Source: Enterobacter phage vB_Ent31
DNA length: 64,000 bases
Reading direction: 5' to 3' (one strand)
Sequence record: OR567511.1
In this document: one piece after another, positions 63,302 through 64,000 of the stretch
How the letters are laid out: every line of letters starts with the position of its first letter
Numbering within the stretch: the stretch's first letter is position 1
The notes under the pieces: model-generated
Told to the model about the DNA's origin: nothing
Seen by the model: only the letters and a program-made list of their open reading frames with translations
Databases searched by the model: none
Translations under genes and position numbers: made by a program

Positions 63302-63781
63302 TTAGCATTCCCAAAGAGCATCTTGAATGACCTTTGGATAAAGCTTCTGTATAACTGAGAAAAGACTTGGACCCATTACTACATTCCACATACGTGGATG
63401 AATCAAAGCAAAAGCATCAATCTCCGGGAATTCATTTCCGTCTTCATCTGTATGATATTCCGTGCAAATACAATCTCTGAATTGAGAGTGTTCCACTGGG
63501 AACGGATATTCAAAGATATGTATATCTTTATTGCTGGCATAATCGTGGCAGCCTAGGTCCACTAGATGTCCTGGATTATAATCGACGAATCCACTTTCTT
63601 CTCTGCATTCACGAACTGCAGCTTCAAGAGGAGATTCACCTGGCTCAATATGCCCCTTTGGAATATCCCAACGAGATGGTCCACCGCCTAGTCCAGAATT
63701 AGTCACTCGACCCATGAATAGTTCTTTGTCTTTTGTAAAGAACAAAATACCAGCAGAGACTTCTTTAATTTTCTTACTCAA
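63302..63781 (-). CDS. nudE: Nudix hydrolase NudE (e.1), 159 aa
   Basis: Nudix box GHIEPGESPLEAAVRECREESG. Position directly after e, as in T4. Confidence 0.85.
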   Translation of the reverse strand: MSKKIKEVSAGILFFTKDKELFMGRVTNSGLGGGPSRWDIPKGHIEPGESPLEAAVRECREESGFVDYNPGHLVDLGCHDYASNKDIHIFEYPFPVEHSQFRDCICTEYHTDEDGNEFPEIDAFALIHPRMWNVVMGPSLFSVIQKLYPKVIQDALWEC

Positions 63782-63963
63782 ATTTCACCCCAACTAATTT
63801 CACGAAGTCTATGCATAAGCGACTCAACTTCTTCAATCATATCTTCGTCACAATCAAAAGAACCTGTCACCATCCAATCAGCGATTGGAGTGAACATTTC
63901 CAGGTCCGTTGACAGACGATTACGAATATCATCAACTGACTCGTTATCATTGAAAGAGTACAA
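63778..63963 (-). CDS. Hypothetical protein (61 aa), e.2 position
   Basis: ORF with ATGA overlap. Confidence 0.4.
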   Translation of the reverse strand: MYSFNDNESVDDIRNRLSTDLEMFTPIADWMVTGSFDCDEDMIEEVESLMHRLREISWGEI

Positions 63964-64000
63964 GTAAGAATCAGCTGATTCAGATTTTACAAATACTGCA
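63960..64000 (-). CDS. 3' end of a further minus-strand gene, truncated by the window edge
   Basis: An open frame continues off the window; only about 13 codons are visible. Confidence 0.2.

Noticed and set aside
1-64000. CRISPR arrays, integrases, transposases, homing endonucleases, introns
   Set aside because: I saw no direct-repeat/spacer arrays, no recombinase or HNH/GIY-YIG motifs, and nrdD is uninterrupted. The repeats present are promoter and terminator cassettes, not mobile elements.

Overview
This window is one arm of a T4-like (Tevenvirinae-type) myovirus genome, running from rIIA at the left end to e (endolysin) and nudE at the right end. It has about 35% GC and essentially every gene is on the minus strand.

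The conserved T4 early/middle backbone is present in T4 order: rIIA, rIIA.1, a fused 39+60 topoisomerase subunit, dexA, dda, an srd-like gene, one Mod-type ADP-ribosyltransferase, soc, 56, 61, sp, 41, 40, uvsX, beta-gt, 42, 43, regA, 62, 44, 45, rpbA, 46, 47, 55, nrdH-like, nrdG, nrdD, 49, nrdC, rI, tk, regB, denV, e and nudE. Between these sit about 70 small ORFs, mostly of unknown function and often joined by ATGA/TAATG overlaps.

Non-T4 accessory content stands out in several places:
- a 511-aa SGNH/GDSL hydrolase with a Gly/Thr-rich beta domain;
- a second, GT-A-fold glycosyltransferase between beta-gt and gene 42, with no alpha-gt near gene 47;
- a Pol-beta-superfamily nucleotidyltransferase followed directly by a small 2-TM protein;
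- a Walker A/B P-loop ATPase (Walker A GAAGIGKT) next to a DUF4031-like protein;
- a macro-domain protein;
- three predicted lipoproteins and a secreted lytic transglycosylase;
- FmdB and TraR/DksA zinc-ribbon proteins;
- two extra small MazG-like proteins.

The regulatory architecture is readable directly from the sequence:
- about 15 copies of an early-promoter cassette (GTTTAC, 18-bp spacer, TAnnAT with a TGn extension), often with a stem-loop over the -10; two copies are a near-identical ~40-bp repeat;
- a GGGCCUUCGGGCCC terminator hairpin present four times, twice fused to a MotA-box-like middle promoter;
- five MotA-box-like middle promoters in total;
- a single canonical late promoter (TATAAATACTATT), in front of the rI locus.

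There is a 237-bp GC-rich non-coding island downstream of denV. ipII/ipIII are absent between denV and e. I found no tRNA, CRISPR array, intron or homing endonuclease.
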